Assembly (NCBI GenBank): GCA_001662655.1
Contig: KV460208.1
Reading direction: 5' to 3' (one strand)
Source: Pseudogymnoascus verrucosus
Lineage: Eukaryota
Length of the DNA stretch: 64,000 nt
Shown here: piece after piece, positions 13,032-25,821 of the stretch
Numbering within the stretch: position 1 is the stretch's first letter
How the letters are laid out: each line of letters opens with the position of its first letter
The notes under the pieces: generated by a model
Databases searched by the model: none
Told to the model about the DNA's origin: nothing
The model's input: only the letters and a program-made list of their open reading frames with translations
Program-made: the position numbers and the translations under genes

Positions 13032-14983
13032 ATGCCATCCTGCCGTGGTATAACGTTGTCGATAACGTCGGCTTCGGATTCGAAAGTATATCCAGAGTTC
13101 CCTCACCCAGAAACCTCCCAGTTCCAAAACAGCGAATCATTTGCTCTACCAGGTAACAATACCAAGGCGACGTCGTCATTGCCTAGCAAAGAGAAACCAG
13201 GAAACAATGCTCCCGACTCATCCAACCCCTATGCTTCCGTCTACATTCCATCCTTGCCTGGTAAGCATAACGTCGTTCTATGTTTTAAGCGTTCCTACCT
13301 AACACCCTTCACAAGGAACCCGATTTGTTGTGCAGTATTCCATAGACCCACCACATACAGACGGCATAAACGTTTTCCTTAAGCTGTTTATGAACGGTCG
13401 ACACGTCACGTCATGGGGAATAGATCCCAGAACCATGCCGGTGGGACGGGCTATGTTGGGCCTTTTCGAAGCCGACAAGAAGCTGAAGTCGAAAGCATTG
13501 ATACCTAATCCAGCAGAAACCAAACCGTTCTATTTCAATGATCAGAAGCAAGACGTTTCGGCAGCTGAGAATGGTGGTGTAATTGAAGTCAGGGTCTTCA
13601 GAGCTTGTGGAAAAAGGCGTCGGGGTGCAATCCTTGACGTATTCAGAGGTGGTCAGGATAAGTATGGAATTGAGTAAGTTTATGCAGCAAGTTCGTTTTA
13701 ATTTTGAGTACTTACATAAATTCAGGTTCAAGTCCTCTGGGCTTCTTGAAAAGAGCAGGTACAAGTATTTCGACTGGCTCTTGGAGGACCCAAAAGATGA
13801 CCCCTTTGTGACGTTCCGCTTCCACTACCGCAGCTGGGACTCTCTCGAAGCCTTACAGCTTGTTCCTGGGATGTGCAACCGTGAATTATTGCCAGCATTC
13901 TCCATAAAGAACAGCCTCAGCACACCCAACCTCTCTGGAGCTAACCCCACCCTAACTGGCTCTGGAGTTATCAGTAGATTCAACAAAGCCACAACTAACA
14001 ATGGACCAGAGCACCGCAACCGCTCACGGAGTCCGGGTGCTTCATTGCCAAATAAAAAGATTGAGAACACCATCTTTGGTCAAATGGTCGCCAAAGACAC
14101 TGCTCTTTCACAGGTCCAGTCCAAGCAGGCGACACAGCCAGATGTTAATAAGCTAAAGAAGAAGTTACAGATTCCCACATCGATATTTTCCACCGCAAAC
14201 AAAGAAAAGTGGATAAGCCAGGAGAATCTCCAGCTGGACGTAAGGCCTCTCCCAGAGCCTCCCGCAGGACAGTCTCATGGTAGAAACCTTTCTGCGTCTT
14301 CAATGGCATTCTCCATTGCGCCGTCTTTACGGTCTTGGGCAGATGGTGATTGGAGTGAATCCCCTGAACCAGTATTATGTGTTGCAGCCGAACTACAAGT
14401 CCTCCACAGCCTCCAGCTTAACCAGTATGGGCGCAAAAAGTCAATCTTCGATGATGATAGTACTACCTCCAGTGCTAGCGATCACGATGATGCGTACGGC
14501 GATATTGACCAATCCTTTCAACTTTCTCTTTCTGCACCACCGGTCTATCCGAAGAATAATATGTCTCCGGTTAAAAGGTCTCCAGTCAAAAAGCCAACAG
14601 CTCGCGGTCTCCCTCTTTCGACCAGTGCTATCTTTCCTCCTCCAGCCATGAGACGGGATAGAATGCGGCGCATCCGTTTCAAGGACCAAAAGCGAGGTTC
14701 CAACTCCCCTACGGAAGGCTATGAAGCTGACCATGAAAGCCTCCCTAAATATCGTGGCTCAGGTCGTCCTAGCACCAGCGGTCTGCCTGCCAACATGAAA
14801 TTATCTCAGGTTCCACCTCGGCTACTTGCTGTCAACTCTGGTTTCAGCTTCGAGTTCAACAACCCCTGTGAAGCTGATGGAAGTAGCGAAGGTAATGAGG
14901 ACGCCACTCTCAGAATCAAAAGCGGAAAACCTGAAGAGCGCAGCGGTGAAGGCCCCAGAAACCAAAACAGAGAAAGGAAATGA
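13032..14983 (+). CDS. Hypothetical fungal protein: globular N-terminal domain plus disordered Ser/Pro-rich tail, 3 exons
   Basis: Introns 13261-13315 and 13674-13725 join three ORF-track segments in frame (PEFPHPE, SVYIPSLPG, FLKLFMNGRHVTSWG, GGVIEVRVFRA, FRFHYRSW). Confidence 0.7.
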
Positions 14984-15514
14984 AGATAACTATAAATCCC
15001 CAGGCACTCATGGTTCCCGTTAACTAGTTTCTGCTGTTTCAGCCAGTAACACTAGTTGTTCTACGTGAGAAATACGGGCATGCTTATCGTGTTTCGCTAC
15101 GATGCAACAGCAAGGTTTTGTGAGAGTACTATTTGCCGATTGCTATACCACTGCCGTCAAGTGAATTGGATTTTTCAGATACTACCCAGCTCCATTCTTC
15201 ACGCGATTCTGTACTACTATTGATTTCTAGGCCACGGCAAGGCAGATAGCTTCTCGTTTGTTTTTCAGGTTGGCAACTGCGCCAGTGTATAATAGAATCC
15301 CAATACCGAATGACCAGGTTCTATTACTCATGCTGCCCAAAAGTGTTCGTAGAGCTTGTACATGGCAATGAACAAAATATTGGCAATTATACGTGTTAAC
15401 AGATAATCGAGATCTTTGATAATACTACTCGGCACAGTGACTATGAAAACTCTCAAGCAGCACAAGAACTAGGCATTCAGATTCGTCATGTTCCCTTTTA
15501 ACAGATAATCCTAC

Positions 15515-16317
15515 TTAAATCTTATTCTTCGATGCGTCTTCCTTCATACCCTGTTGAACCCAGGCCCTGGTCTCCTCTGCCTGCTTCCTCTTCTCTTCAG
15601 GGGTGGTAGCAATTTTGGGCTTTGGGACTGGTACATCGCTCCCCTTTTTGACTGCTGGTCTGGCTTGCATCTTGTCACGCCACGCCTTTAGAGTTGGGAA
15701 ATCGTCGATCTCGATTCCCGCCCAGGCCGCAGACGACTACAAATCATTAGCTCTTTCACTACAAATGAAATTATACTCACAATCCAGCCAATGTGAGCAA
15801 TGTCAGCAATGGTGCATCGGTCACCAACAAGGTATCCCGACGACGACTTCTCTAGGTGCTTGTCCAATACGCCATACAGACGACGGGTCTCGTTCTGGTA
15901 TCGATTTATTCCATATTCGATAGTCTCGGGGGCATAATTGGTGAAGTGGTTCGATTGCCCTTGCATAGGACCAACGCCAGCATTCAAGAAAAATAACCAG
16001 TTGTTGGTCTCATAATACTCTCTTGTACCTTTCGGATACGAGATCTTGTGCTCTTTATCATACTCATCAACTAAGTACTGCTGGATGCTGCCGGATTCAA
16101 AGAGGTTGATTGTCTCGCCATCAGTGAACTTATCCGTGAGAGCGGGGATCCGACCATTCGGGTTTATTGCTAGAAAGGAGTCGGTTTTTTGCTCCATCTT
16201 TCCCAAGGCAACATGTGTGACTTTGTACGGGAGCCCGAGCTCTTCGAGGGTTATAGAGATCTTGACTCCATTGGGAGTTTGGGATGTATAGAGATGGATA
16301 TCTGGAGTGGGCGCCAT
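15515..16317 (-). CDS. Glutathione S-transferase, Ure2p-like/Nu class, 2 exons
   Basis: Motifs TPNG, NPNGRIPAL, LFESGSI, GPMQGQ, RYQNETRRLYGVL and TIADIA. A 44-nt intron (15780-15737) restores the C-terminus DDFPTLKAWRDKMQARPAVKKG; stop TAA at 15517-15515. Confidence 0.92.
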
Positions 16318-16883
16318 TTTTAAAGACTTGTGGAGGAGAAAGACGAGAGTGGAAAGATTTGTGAAGAGAAAATGATGTATCAGTCTGGCTAGCGGAAATT
16401 CGATGGGGAGAGAGCCTCTTCTTATAGTTCTGAGCCACCGTTCTCCTTTGATATTCCTTCCTGCTCAATAACTCTTCTAGCTTACATGATCTAGAGACGT
16501 CATTACCCCTCCCTCGGCATTATCAACACTGATTAGAAATCAACTAATAATCCTACTGCATCCTACCACATACGCGGACGGGGTCTCTATTGGACCGATT
16601 ATGACCATCATGTTGTAGAACTGAAGATTATATCTCTAAGCCAAGGTTTCAAGCTTGCATGTCGAGTATATAATGTTTATTGTGCTTAGTTTAGTACTGC
16701 CGTCAGCATTTAACACAATACGTCACGTGATGATCGGCCATGTATGCGGGCGCGGCGACGCTAGCAGCACTAATGGCTTCATGGTATTTCTAAAAAGCTT
16801 CGCCTTCCATCCTGAACCCATAATCTAACTTTATCCAACTTCATCACTACGTCTCTATCCTCGAACGATATCGATAGCACAAG

Positions 16884-19130
16884 ATGGCGTGGCGTAACCA
16901 AGGCACAACAGGCTCAAACAACATTCCTTTGGGAACCAAACGACGCTTTGGAGATGACAATAGTCCGTCAGGTGGCAATCACGGGGACTATAACCAGCCG
17001 CCTTCGTCAGGCCATGGCGATGGCTACAGGCGTGGCCGTAGCCCGGAAAGACGTAAGTGTGAACTCGACTCCTGTTTTACAAACCCAAATCTAACTGTGC
17101 TTGAAGGCCCTGAGCCAAATAATGATGCAGGCAAACCGGTCCGCAAGAAGAGAAACCGCTGGGGCGATGCAACCGACAACAAAGCTGCAGGTCTGATGGG
17201 GCTTCCGACCGCCATCATGGCGAATATGACCAGCGAGCAGCTTGAAGCATATACGCTCCATCTTCGAATTGAGGAGATTAGCCAAAAGCTCAGAATCGAT
17301 GATGTCGTGCCAGCCGACGGCGACAGGTATATTTGTCCCACTTGCGGCATATCTGAACGAATAACTGACATGAAACAAAGATCACCGTCTCCAGCACCAC
17401 AATACGACAACTTCGGTCGCCGTGTTAATACCCGCGAGTACAGATACAGAAAGAAGCTGGAGGACGAGCGCCATAAGCTGATCGAGAAGGCCATGAAGGT
17501 CATTCCTAACTACCATCCGCCACAGGACTATCGCCGCCCAACTAAGACACAGGAAAAGGTCTATGTGCCAGTCAATGATTATCCAGAGATTAATTTCAGT
17601 ATGATTGCTAACCCTCTAACCTTTCTAACACTCTTAACCTCCATCCCCTCCCCCTTTTTCATTGCCGTGTGGCATTGCGTGCTGCATTCTAACCTCAGGG
17701 TGCGACGCCTTGCCATCACTAACCTGTCAACCACGTTTTGCTCTAAACTTTTGACCATAAACTAACACTTAGCTTTTTTTTCCTACTAAAGTTGGCTTAC
17801 TTATCGGCCCTCGTGGAAACACGTTGAAAAAGATGGAGACTGAATCGCAGGCTAAAATCGCCATCCGTGGCAAAGGATCCGTGAAGGAAGGAAAAGGCCG
17901 TTCGGACGCCGCCCACACCAGCAACCAGGAGGAGGATCTCCATTGTTTAATCATGGCAGACACCGAAGAGAAGGTGAACAAGGCCAAGAAGCTGATTCAC
18001 AACGTCATTGAAACTGTAAGTGTTGCCTCACATTTTTTTCCAATTCAGCATCTAACAGTTTATAGGCCGCATCTATTCCGGAAGGCCAAAACGAGCTTAA
18101 GCGCAACCAACTGCGTGAGCTTGCGGCCCTTAACGGTACGCTCCGTGACGACGAGAACCAAGCTTGCCAGAACTGTGGTCAGATCGGCCACAGGAAGTAC
18201 GACTGCCCTGAGCAGCGCAACTTCACTGCAAACATCATCTGCCGAGTCTGTGGCAACGCTGGTCACATGGCCAGAGACTGCCCGGACAGACAGCGTGGCG
18301 CAGATTGGCGCAACGGGCCTCCTGCCCCTGGAGGAGGCCCTGGCGGATTTGCTGGCCGTCCTGCAGCTGGCCGAATTGGCGCTGGCGATGCAGTTGATCG
18401 TGAATACGAGGTAAGTCAATTCTTGAATTTCCAGTATGCTTAGCAACAACTAACAAACCTTTAGCAACTTATGCAAGAATTATCTGGTGGTGCTCCTGCA
18501 CCGAATGGCGAAGCACCCCAACGTATCGAAGCTGGCCCAGGTAGTTATGACCAAGGACCTCCTGCTGATGCCGGCGATGTCAAGCCATGGCAGCGTGGCC
18601 CGACTGGTGCTGCCGCCCCATGGCAACAGCGGGGCCGCGGCGGCGATGATTACAACTCGCGTGACCAGGCACCTAGCGGCGGTGCGGCCCCATGGGCTCG
18701 GGATCGTGGCGGACGCTCTGATGACAGAGACCGCCGCGGTGGTGGTGACTACTATGGTGGCCATCATGACAACAGCTACGGCGCCCCGCCGCCACCACCA
18801 CCTGGTGGTGCTGCTCCTTGGCAGTCGGCTCCCCCACCTCCTGCTGCTGGCCCAGGCTACGGCGGATACGGTGGCTACGCAGCACCAGGACACGGCTCTG
18901 GTTACCCTCCTCAGCAAGCAATGGGTGCTCCTCCTGGGCTTGGCTCTTCAGGTGGTGCTCCACCACCACCAGGCGCTCCTCCTGGACTTAACGCTCTCTT
19001 AGCGCAATATGGTGGAAGCCCTCCTCCACCTCCTCCGTCTGGAAGCGCGCCACCCCCACCTCCTCCTGGTTCTGCTCCTCCGCCTCCTCCACCAAGCGAT
19101 CAACCACCGCCACCACCACCAAGCTATTAG
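16884..19130 (+). CDS. MSL5: Branchpoint-bridging protein / splicing factor 1 (KH-QUA2, two CCHC zinc knuckles, Pro-rich tail), 6 exons
   Basis: Introns 17053-17106, 17327-17380, 17599-17791, 18016-18065, 18411-18464. Motifs: [47 protein letters not shown]2 [16 protein letters not shown], and knuckles [14 protein letters not shown] and [14 protein letters not shown]. Confidence 0.97.
17607..17791 (+). promoter_or_regulatory. Array of branch-point (CTAAC) motifs in intron 3 of the BBP gene; putative autoregulatory element
   Basis: Six CTAAC copies plus one TTAAC in a 193-nt intron. The motifs are seen directly; the function is inferred. Confidence 0.6.
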
Positions 19131-20089
19131 ACTACAGACTAGTAGCTTGCGGGACAAAGGGACGACTAACACGTCGCATAGGTGATTAACACTGACAGAA
19201 AGACTGATTCTAACTGATGCAGCTCTGGCTTTAAGAGTTCAATGGATATTTTTGTTTCGCGTTGTTTCTAAATTAGTAGTAATTCGAATTCAACGTTGTA
19301 TTTTTATTTCTCGAAATAGCTCGATTTGCAGCTAAATATAAGCATAAATCACATCGTGACAGTGTAATATACAGTATGACAGGCTAATCTCACATGGTGC
19401 GAAGGCCAGGGAACACATCCACCAACATGCCAAGGATGGTGTAATCCAGAGAAATGTCTCCGTTTGTATCTGACCCTGATAGTCTAAATCCAAGACCTTT
19501 CGCTCCAGGTTTGAGCGTGTATGAGCGAAGCTGGAGTTGCTGTGATCGGCCGCCCTAGGATGATGGGGTACTATACAGTGCAGTAGTCCCCGAAACGGTC
19601 CCACCAGAATCAGTATACATTGCCCTGAATCCCTACTGTGATAATTTCTCAGACGAATCCCACAAGTTTTGTCTGATGTACATTATCCATAGATTGTTAA
19701 CAAGTATCATGATGGTTTAAAGACAGTCCGCATCTCTCCCAGGCTGTGGCTGGTGGCTCCTTCCTTGGAAGTTGCGGCTCCTCGGTAGGCTGTACCTTCC
19801 ATACTAGGGGTTTAAAGGCACGGAAGGCAACGCACCTTCCCACTTTCCCACTCCTTAGTACCATTCCATTACCCTTGTACTTACAAGTTCATTGGAAATA
19901 CAACGCGAATTGTTTGATACGGCGAGTTAAAGAAACACATAGATTCCGTTTCAAAGGCTCTGAGTCCCTGGAAACGGCTGCTTGCAGATCGCCCAGAGCC
20001 TCAACCGACGCGTTAATCCAGCCTCCCTCATCTTGGGCGGTCTGGGGCTGAGAACTAGGCTTCGTCGACACACCAACGGAGACGGATCC

Positions 20090-22154
20090 ATGAGTGAAGG
20101 AGAAGAGACACCTGCATTGCAGGTCATAGTCCTGGTGAGTCTAGTGCAATTGTTTGCTTTCAGCGTCTCTCCTGGTCTTGCTTCTCGATGGGAACCCTGC
20201 CTTGCATGTTGTCTCACGGCCAGCCCTATATGTGGGGAATGGCTAATTTGGTGAACTATCCGTTTGACCACATCCCGTCTTGTCTCAATCCTACTCTTGA
20301 TCTTAGTCCCCCTGCGTTTGCCTTCCAATATTGCGCTGCTCAATCCTGTTGTCGTTCCCATTCCAGTTGGCACGTGACTTGCCACCTGCCAGACGATGAT
20401 GGCTGTTGGTGTCGCCCCTGTTCAATCTTGACTTCAATCGCTCCATGAGATACCTCGAAATGATTTCTTATGGGCATCATGCTAATCCATCCACTTAGGG
20501 GTCCACAGGTGGTCCGCTAGAGGATAATACAACCGCATTCCTCGTGCGTTCCTTGTCTGAGGACTGGAAGAAGGGCTCCGTCTTAGCTGTTGATGCCGGA
20601 ACCCATCTGTCGAGCATCGCAAGAATCATAGAGGAGCATCTTCCAGGGCGAAAGCAGGTAGACGAAAAGTCCTTCCTTACCTCGGGAGCATTCTCTGGCC
20701 TTGAGCTGCCTCACATATCGGCAAAGGCGAATGCAGGCCATATAACCAAGGCCATCGTCGATACCTATCTCATCACTCATCCACATCTAGACCATATATC
20801 CGGCTTGGTTGTAAATACTGCAGCATTACCGGGTGTCAGGCCAAAGCGTATTGCAGCACTTCCTTCGACGATATCAGCGTTCAAGAATCACATATTCAAC
20901 AATGTCATCTGGCCCAACCTTTCAGACGAAAATGATGGCGCTGGACTCGTTACCTACATGCGTCTTGTGGAAGGAGGATCAGCAGCCCTTGGTAATGCGG
21001 AAAGTAGAGGCTATGTTGAGATATGCGAGGGACTGAGCATCAAGACTTGGTCAGTCAGTCATGGCCACTGTATGGAAAACCACTGGCATCGAGGTTCATC
21101 CGTCGGACATAGCCGCATTTCCCATGATAGCATTGATGGAACTGCTATGCAGCGATCTTCCTCAAACTCTACACCAGCGCCTCGCCAACAACAATACTCA
21201 TCGCATCCAGCCGGTCAAGACGGTATATGCGTTTATGACTCTTCGGCCTATTTCATCCGAGACATCAAGACCGGGCGTGAAGTATTGATTTTCGGCGATG
21301 TCGAACCTGACAGCATTTCTCTTTCGCCTCGCAATCACCAGGTCTGGACCGATGCCGCTCCAAAGATAGCAAATGGCACACTCAAGGCAATCTTTATTGA
21401 GTGCTCATACGCTGACTACCGGTCTGACGATACTCTTTTTGGGCACCTCGCACCCCGATTCCTGATAGAAGAACTTATAGCCTTAGCTAGCCACGTCGAC
21501 ATTGCTCGCACAGCGAGACTCTCGTCCGGCTCCCTTGGCGCAGCTCAATCCCCGAGCGATCTTCGTAAGCGGAAGCGTGTATCTCAGACCTTGTCGGCAG
21601 CAGGCTCATCCACAGGGTTGGAGGCAGATATGCCAAGTCCGGCGATGAAGCCGGAATTATGGACAGCAAGAGAGGTCATTCGCAAAGCCCACAGAAAGGA
21701 TGAGGCGAATGTGAGCCCTCACACCCAAGCCCTACCACACCCACCGAATGCTTCACTTATGCAACTGGATTCCTTCGAGTTAGATGCGCGTAGCCCACGA
21801 CCATCCGGACGGGATATATCTCAGCCACAGTCACCTTTTAGTCCTAAACATAAGCCATCCCAGCCCTCTCAGACCTCTCAGGCCTCTCAGACCCCATTAA
21901 CTTCTCTGGGAGGAGACATGGCCAACATGGCCCCTGAACTAAGCGGTAACGGCATGAAGACGCTCTTCGGGAAGCCTAACTTGGAGGGGATGTTAGAGGG
22001 GTTGAAGATTGTCATTATCCACGTCAAGGACAACTTAGACGACAATGAACCTGCTGAGGATACGATATTGAGAGAGATGAACGAGTATGAGCAGCAGGAG
22101 AAGCTGGGATGCCACTTTGAGATTGCAAGAGCTGGGATGAGTGTACTGCTCTGA
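20090..22154 (+). CDS. PDE1: Class II (low-affinity) cAMP phosphodiesterase, 2 exons
   Basis: Exon 1 (20090-20134, MSEGEETPALQVIVL), intron 20135-20498, then GSTGGPLEDNTTAFLV, AVDAGT, the class II signature ITHPHLDHISG, IFGDVEPD, IECSY, LFGHL and IIHVKD. Confidence 0.93.
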
Positions 22155-22769
22155 TTGAGCTGATTGTTATATTTGTAATGGAGTACACGGGGCGTTGGGA
22201 GAGAGGTATTTTGGCAAAGCGAGGTGGCGTGATGATGATGGTTTTTGCTATAGAGGGGGTTATTGTAAGACCGAAAGTTGGCAACATTGTTCGTACCAGA
22301 GAGGCTGGAGTGTTGTTTATTGATGCACAAAGTATTACATAGGAGTTTGCACAGGAGTTACGCCTAGTACTATACAACAACTGGTGCTGCTTGCGACCAA
22401 AGTCAACTTTTTACCATTGCTCGCACGCTTTATAAACCCTCGCTTTATTGTTCCAGAATCTGGAACTGGCGGGGTTTTAGATATATCACTTCCGTAGCAT
22501 ACAATACAACACGATATATACAGCACAGTAAACTTGATTTAGAGCAATTGATTTCGATATTTATTGGTATACGCCAATATCAATAGTCCCGCTCTACAAA
22601 AATGCACAGTTGTCCATAATCTCTTATTGGTATACATTTATCATACGAGTTTCCATCCTATCCATCACGCCAAAACCCCACCCTAGCAAAACAAAGCACT
22701 CCCCCACCCCGAAACCCCAACACCCCTAAAATGCACTATAATACCCACCTCTTACTAGCCCATCACACC

Positions 22770-25700
22770 CTAGGAAGACGGAGCCGTGCTTCTCCGTGCC
22801 AGTGGAGACGTAGAAACAAGCGGCGACCCAGGCGACTTCAACGGTGGGGTCACAGCTTCTGCCGGTGCCTTTCCTTGAGCGACTGTAGATGGAGCTTTCC
22901 TTCGTGGTCCTCTTGCACGGCCCTTAGTCATGTGGGTCAACTGTGGCCCGTCTTGCTTCTCAGGCCCCTTGGATGCCAACCGACTCGCAGTTTCCAAATT
23001 AGAGCTCACTTTTCTGCTTGACCCTGCTGGCTTTGGAGGCGGGCCCCTGGCCAGCATGCCAGCCAGGGCTGGGTTGAAACGCCCGGCAAGTTTGGCCCCC
23101 GCGTCAAGCTTTCCTTGGGATGCCGCAGGAGAACCAGGCCCTAGTGATATTTTGGGCTTCGGAGAATTGTAAGGTAGGTTGTTTTTTGATAGAGTGTCGG
23201 ATAAACCTTTGCCAGAAACAGTGTTGCCTTGGGTTCCAGGTGCTACAGTGTTGACCCTTCCCAGATTCGCCTTCTTGAGCAAGGCTTCGGGAAGCTGGGT
23301 CTGAACAGGGGGGAGTGTAGACTGTGTAGCACCGACGCCCCCTAGCTGTGCCTTCTTGCGCAAGGCTTCGGGAAGCTCAGCTTGAATTGGGGTCGTGGAC
23401 TTCGTAACTCCAGTCCCCTCTAATTGTGCTTTCTTGAAATCCTCCTTCTTTTTCAGGATAGCATCCTTAAATTCGTCCCTACGCTCGGCTTTCTTCGGGC
23501 CACCAGTTAAGCTTAGCCCTGCTTTCCCACGAAGTATATTGTCCTTGAGCTCATCAGGGGCGACATAATTTTGAGTCTTGGTGCGTCGAAGCTGGCCGAA
23601 CACATTCTTGAATTCCGGTTCATCTTTGCTGGGAGCAGGTGGAAGCACCTGTTTTGGCTTTGAATTCAAAATGAAGTCCTTTTTAGGCGGGGTTTGTGGT
23701 TTGGTTTTACCAATGACCGGCGATGAGGGTTTAATAGCTAGAGGCGCCGTAGGCTTGGTTTCGGTCTTTTTAGGAGTGGCTGTTTCTAAAGCTTCAAGCG
23801 ATGCCTTGCCTGACACGCCACCGTTGTCGGTCTTTGTTTTGGGAGTAGCATCCGATGCTTTGTTTACCTGGCTTATTGGAACAGTGCCGCTTGAGAACCC
23901 TGCTGGTAATCCTCCAACACTTAAAGGTTGCGCAATTCCTCCCATTGGTGGCGATCTCATCAAGCCTCCAATGCTCACCTGGTGTTTGTGGCCTAACGGC
24001 TTATTCGATGTTTCTCCTGTTGGAACCTTTTGTTTGGCTTTGCTAATTTCTGACATCCAACTAGGCTGTTGAGGAGGAGGGGCTGGCTTCGGCTTCGGAG
24101 AGTCTGGTTTGTTTAAAGCGCTTTCAAGCCAGCTAGACTTCGTGGGGCTCCATCTGCGCGTGTCTGTGGACTTGGGAGGGCTTGGAGGAGGGCTCACACT
24201 GAGTGCTGAGTTCTCTGGCCGATCAACCTGCCTCCCAGAATGTGCATCCGATGACGCTTGAAGTTGCGAAGCTGGTATACCTGGCTTTACAAAGTCCCCG
24301 TCTAGAATGACTTCCGATTCAGAGCCCCATTGAGCGCCTGGTCTTCCTTGGCGGGCGCCCTCAAGGCCGACTGTAGCATTGCTATGGCTAGAACTTGGCC
24401 TAGATATTGGAGTGTTCTCTCGACTCAAACTGCTGGGGCGTGCTTCTCGCGTGGGAGAATTCAAAATGTTTCCCAGTGGTGTCCTCGAAGAAAGATCCAC
24501 GCTATTCCGATTACTTGCGGTAGAGTTGCCGCGAGTCAAGCCGCCAGGTGACTGTACACTCCATCTTTTATTCACACTGTCAGATCTTTTCATCATTGCA
24601 CTCTGAACGAACCCTCCCATCCCTTTAGTGGGTGATATTGGCCGGTCCATCCTCTCTGGCGAGATGCGGCCCTGGGAAGGAGACATCGCGAGATTGCGAG
24701 TAGAAACTGGTTGGTCTATATTGCCCTCCGATGCAGTTATTGATCCTGGTTGAGGAAATCGTTGTGCACTGGTTGCGGGCATTGGTGACACAAATCCAGT
24801 CCGACTGGTCGTGGAGCTATATGCGCTGCTCTGCGTTATACTGTCTTTGGTAGATGAGCTAGCTCTCGAAGGTGAAGATGATCGATCGATATCCGCTTGT
24901 TTTGTTTCCTTGACATTAGAACTATCACTATACTCTCTCGTCGGAGTACGCGACATTCCTGGTAATCCCACGCGGTGGATGCTTGGTACGGCTTCGTCTG
25001 CGTCCTTAACCTCGACTTGCGTCTTTCGATATGCGGCAGAGCCTTGCCCTCTGTCAGAAGTTTGTCGGAACCATGTAGGATCTTTCGCCGCAAGCGATTG
25101 TGCTATTTCGTTCCGGTCCATTGGTGCGGCATCCCTCGACGGAGGTTCGGACTTCTCAATTGGAGAACGTGTCGTGGGTTCGGCTGCAATCATGGAAAAT
25201 GGTCGCGTGCTTGATCGAACCGGTGATTGTGAATTTGGCCTACGCTGCCACGAAAGAGTTGGGCTTCTTGACGGCATCGCGCTTGAGGGCGACGCCCTGA
25301 CAGATATGGTATGAACAACGTTCTTGTCTGGGACATCGCTGCTGCGACTAATTGGTGATGGGCCGTAATCTTTCGTAGGTGATTCTTCGCCAGTTAGGCG
25401 GCCCATGGTGTCGTCGAGCAGTTGCTCTCGATTTGATAATTGAGACGGGCGTTGAAGTTCTCGGGATGGAGTCAAGGCTGCTTTCGGCGATTGGGTGCGA
25501 GTTTCAGCGGAGGCAGGTTTATATGGCGGTGGGGTATTGGTAGGAGAGTCCTTTATTGGGGATATAGATCTAGCGCGTTCTGTGTTGTTGTGGTGTCAGT
25601 GAGACAGGACAAGACTATAGGTAACGTTGAGTGTGAATGCAAAGACAAGGGCAACACGAACCAGCCCGACGGGCTTGCCGTTCTTTTCGTCCCTGCAGAA

Positions 25701-25821
25701 TCTCCTCCTCCAGTTTTTTGTTCCGCTCTTCATCCTCCTGGTCGCGCTTGATGCCCAGTTCCTGTATACGCTTCAAGAAGTCATTTACATCCTCGGCATC
25801 GGTCTCTGCTGTCGAAGGCAT
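22770..25821 (-). CDS. DUF4045-family protein (largely disordered, Ser/Pro-rich), 2 exons
   Basis: Exon 1 (25821-25662) has DVNDFLKRIQELG..RDQEDEERNKKLEEEILQGRKERQARRA; after intron 25661-25580 comes ERARSISP. Also present: KDPTWFRQT, SPTKGMGGFVQSAMMKRSDSVNKRWS, SSWLESAL and LTHMTKGRARGPRRK. Confidence 0.8.

Noticed and set aside
17699..17706. Possible 1-nt exon or recursive splice site (CAG-G-GTGCGA) inside BBP intron 3
   Set aside because: The donor match is weak and nothing else supports it without RNA data.
17053..17791. AAG acceptors on three BBP introns as a special feature on their own
   Set aside because: AAG acceptors also occur in Lkh1, DRS1, ARL2 and the 13032 gene, so they are common in this genome.
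20135..20498. Long (364-nt) PDE1 first intron as a riboswitch or snoRNA host
   Set aside because: No TPP aptamer core and no convincing C/D or H/ACA box arrangement found by eye.
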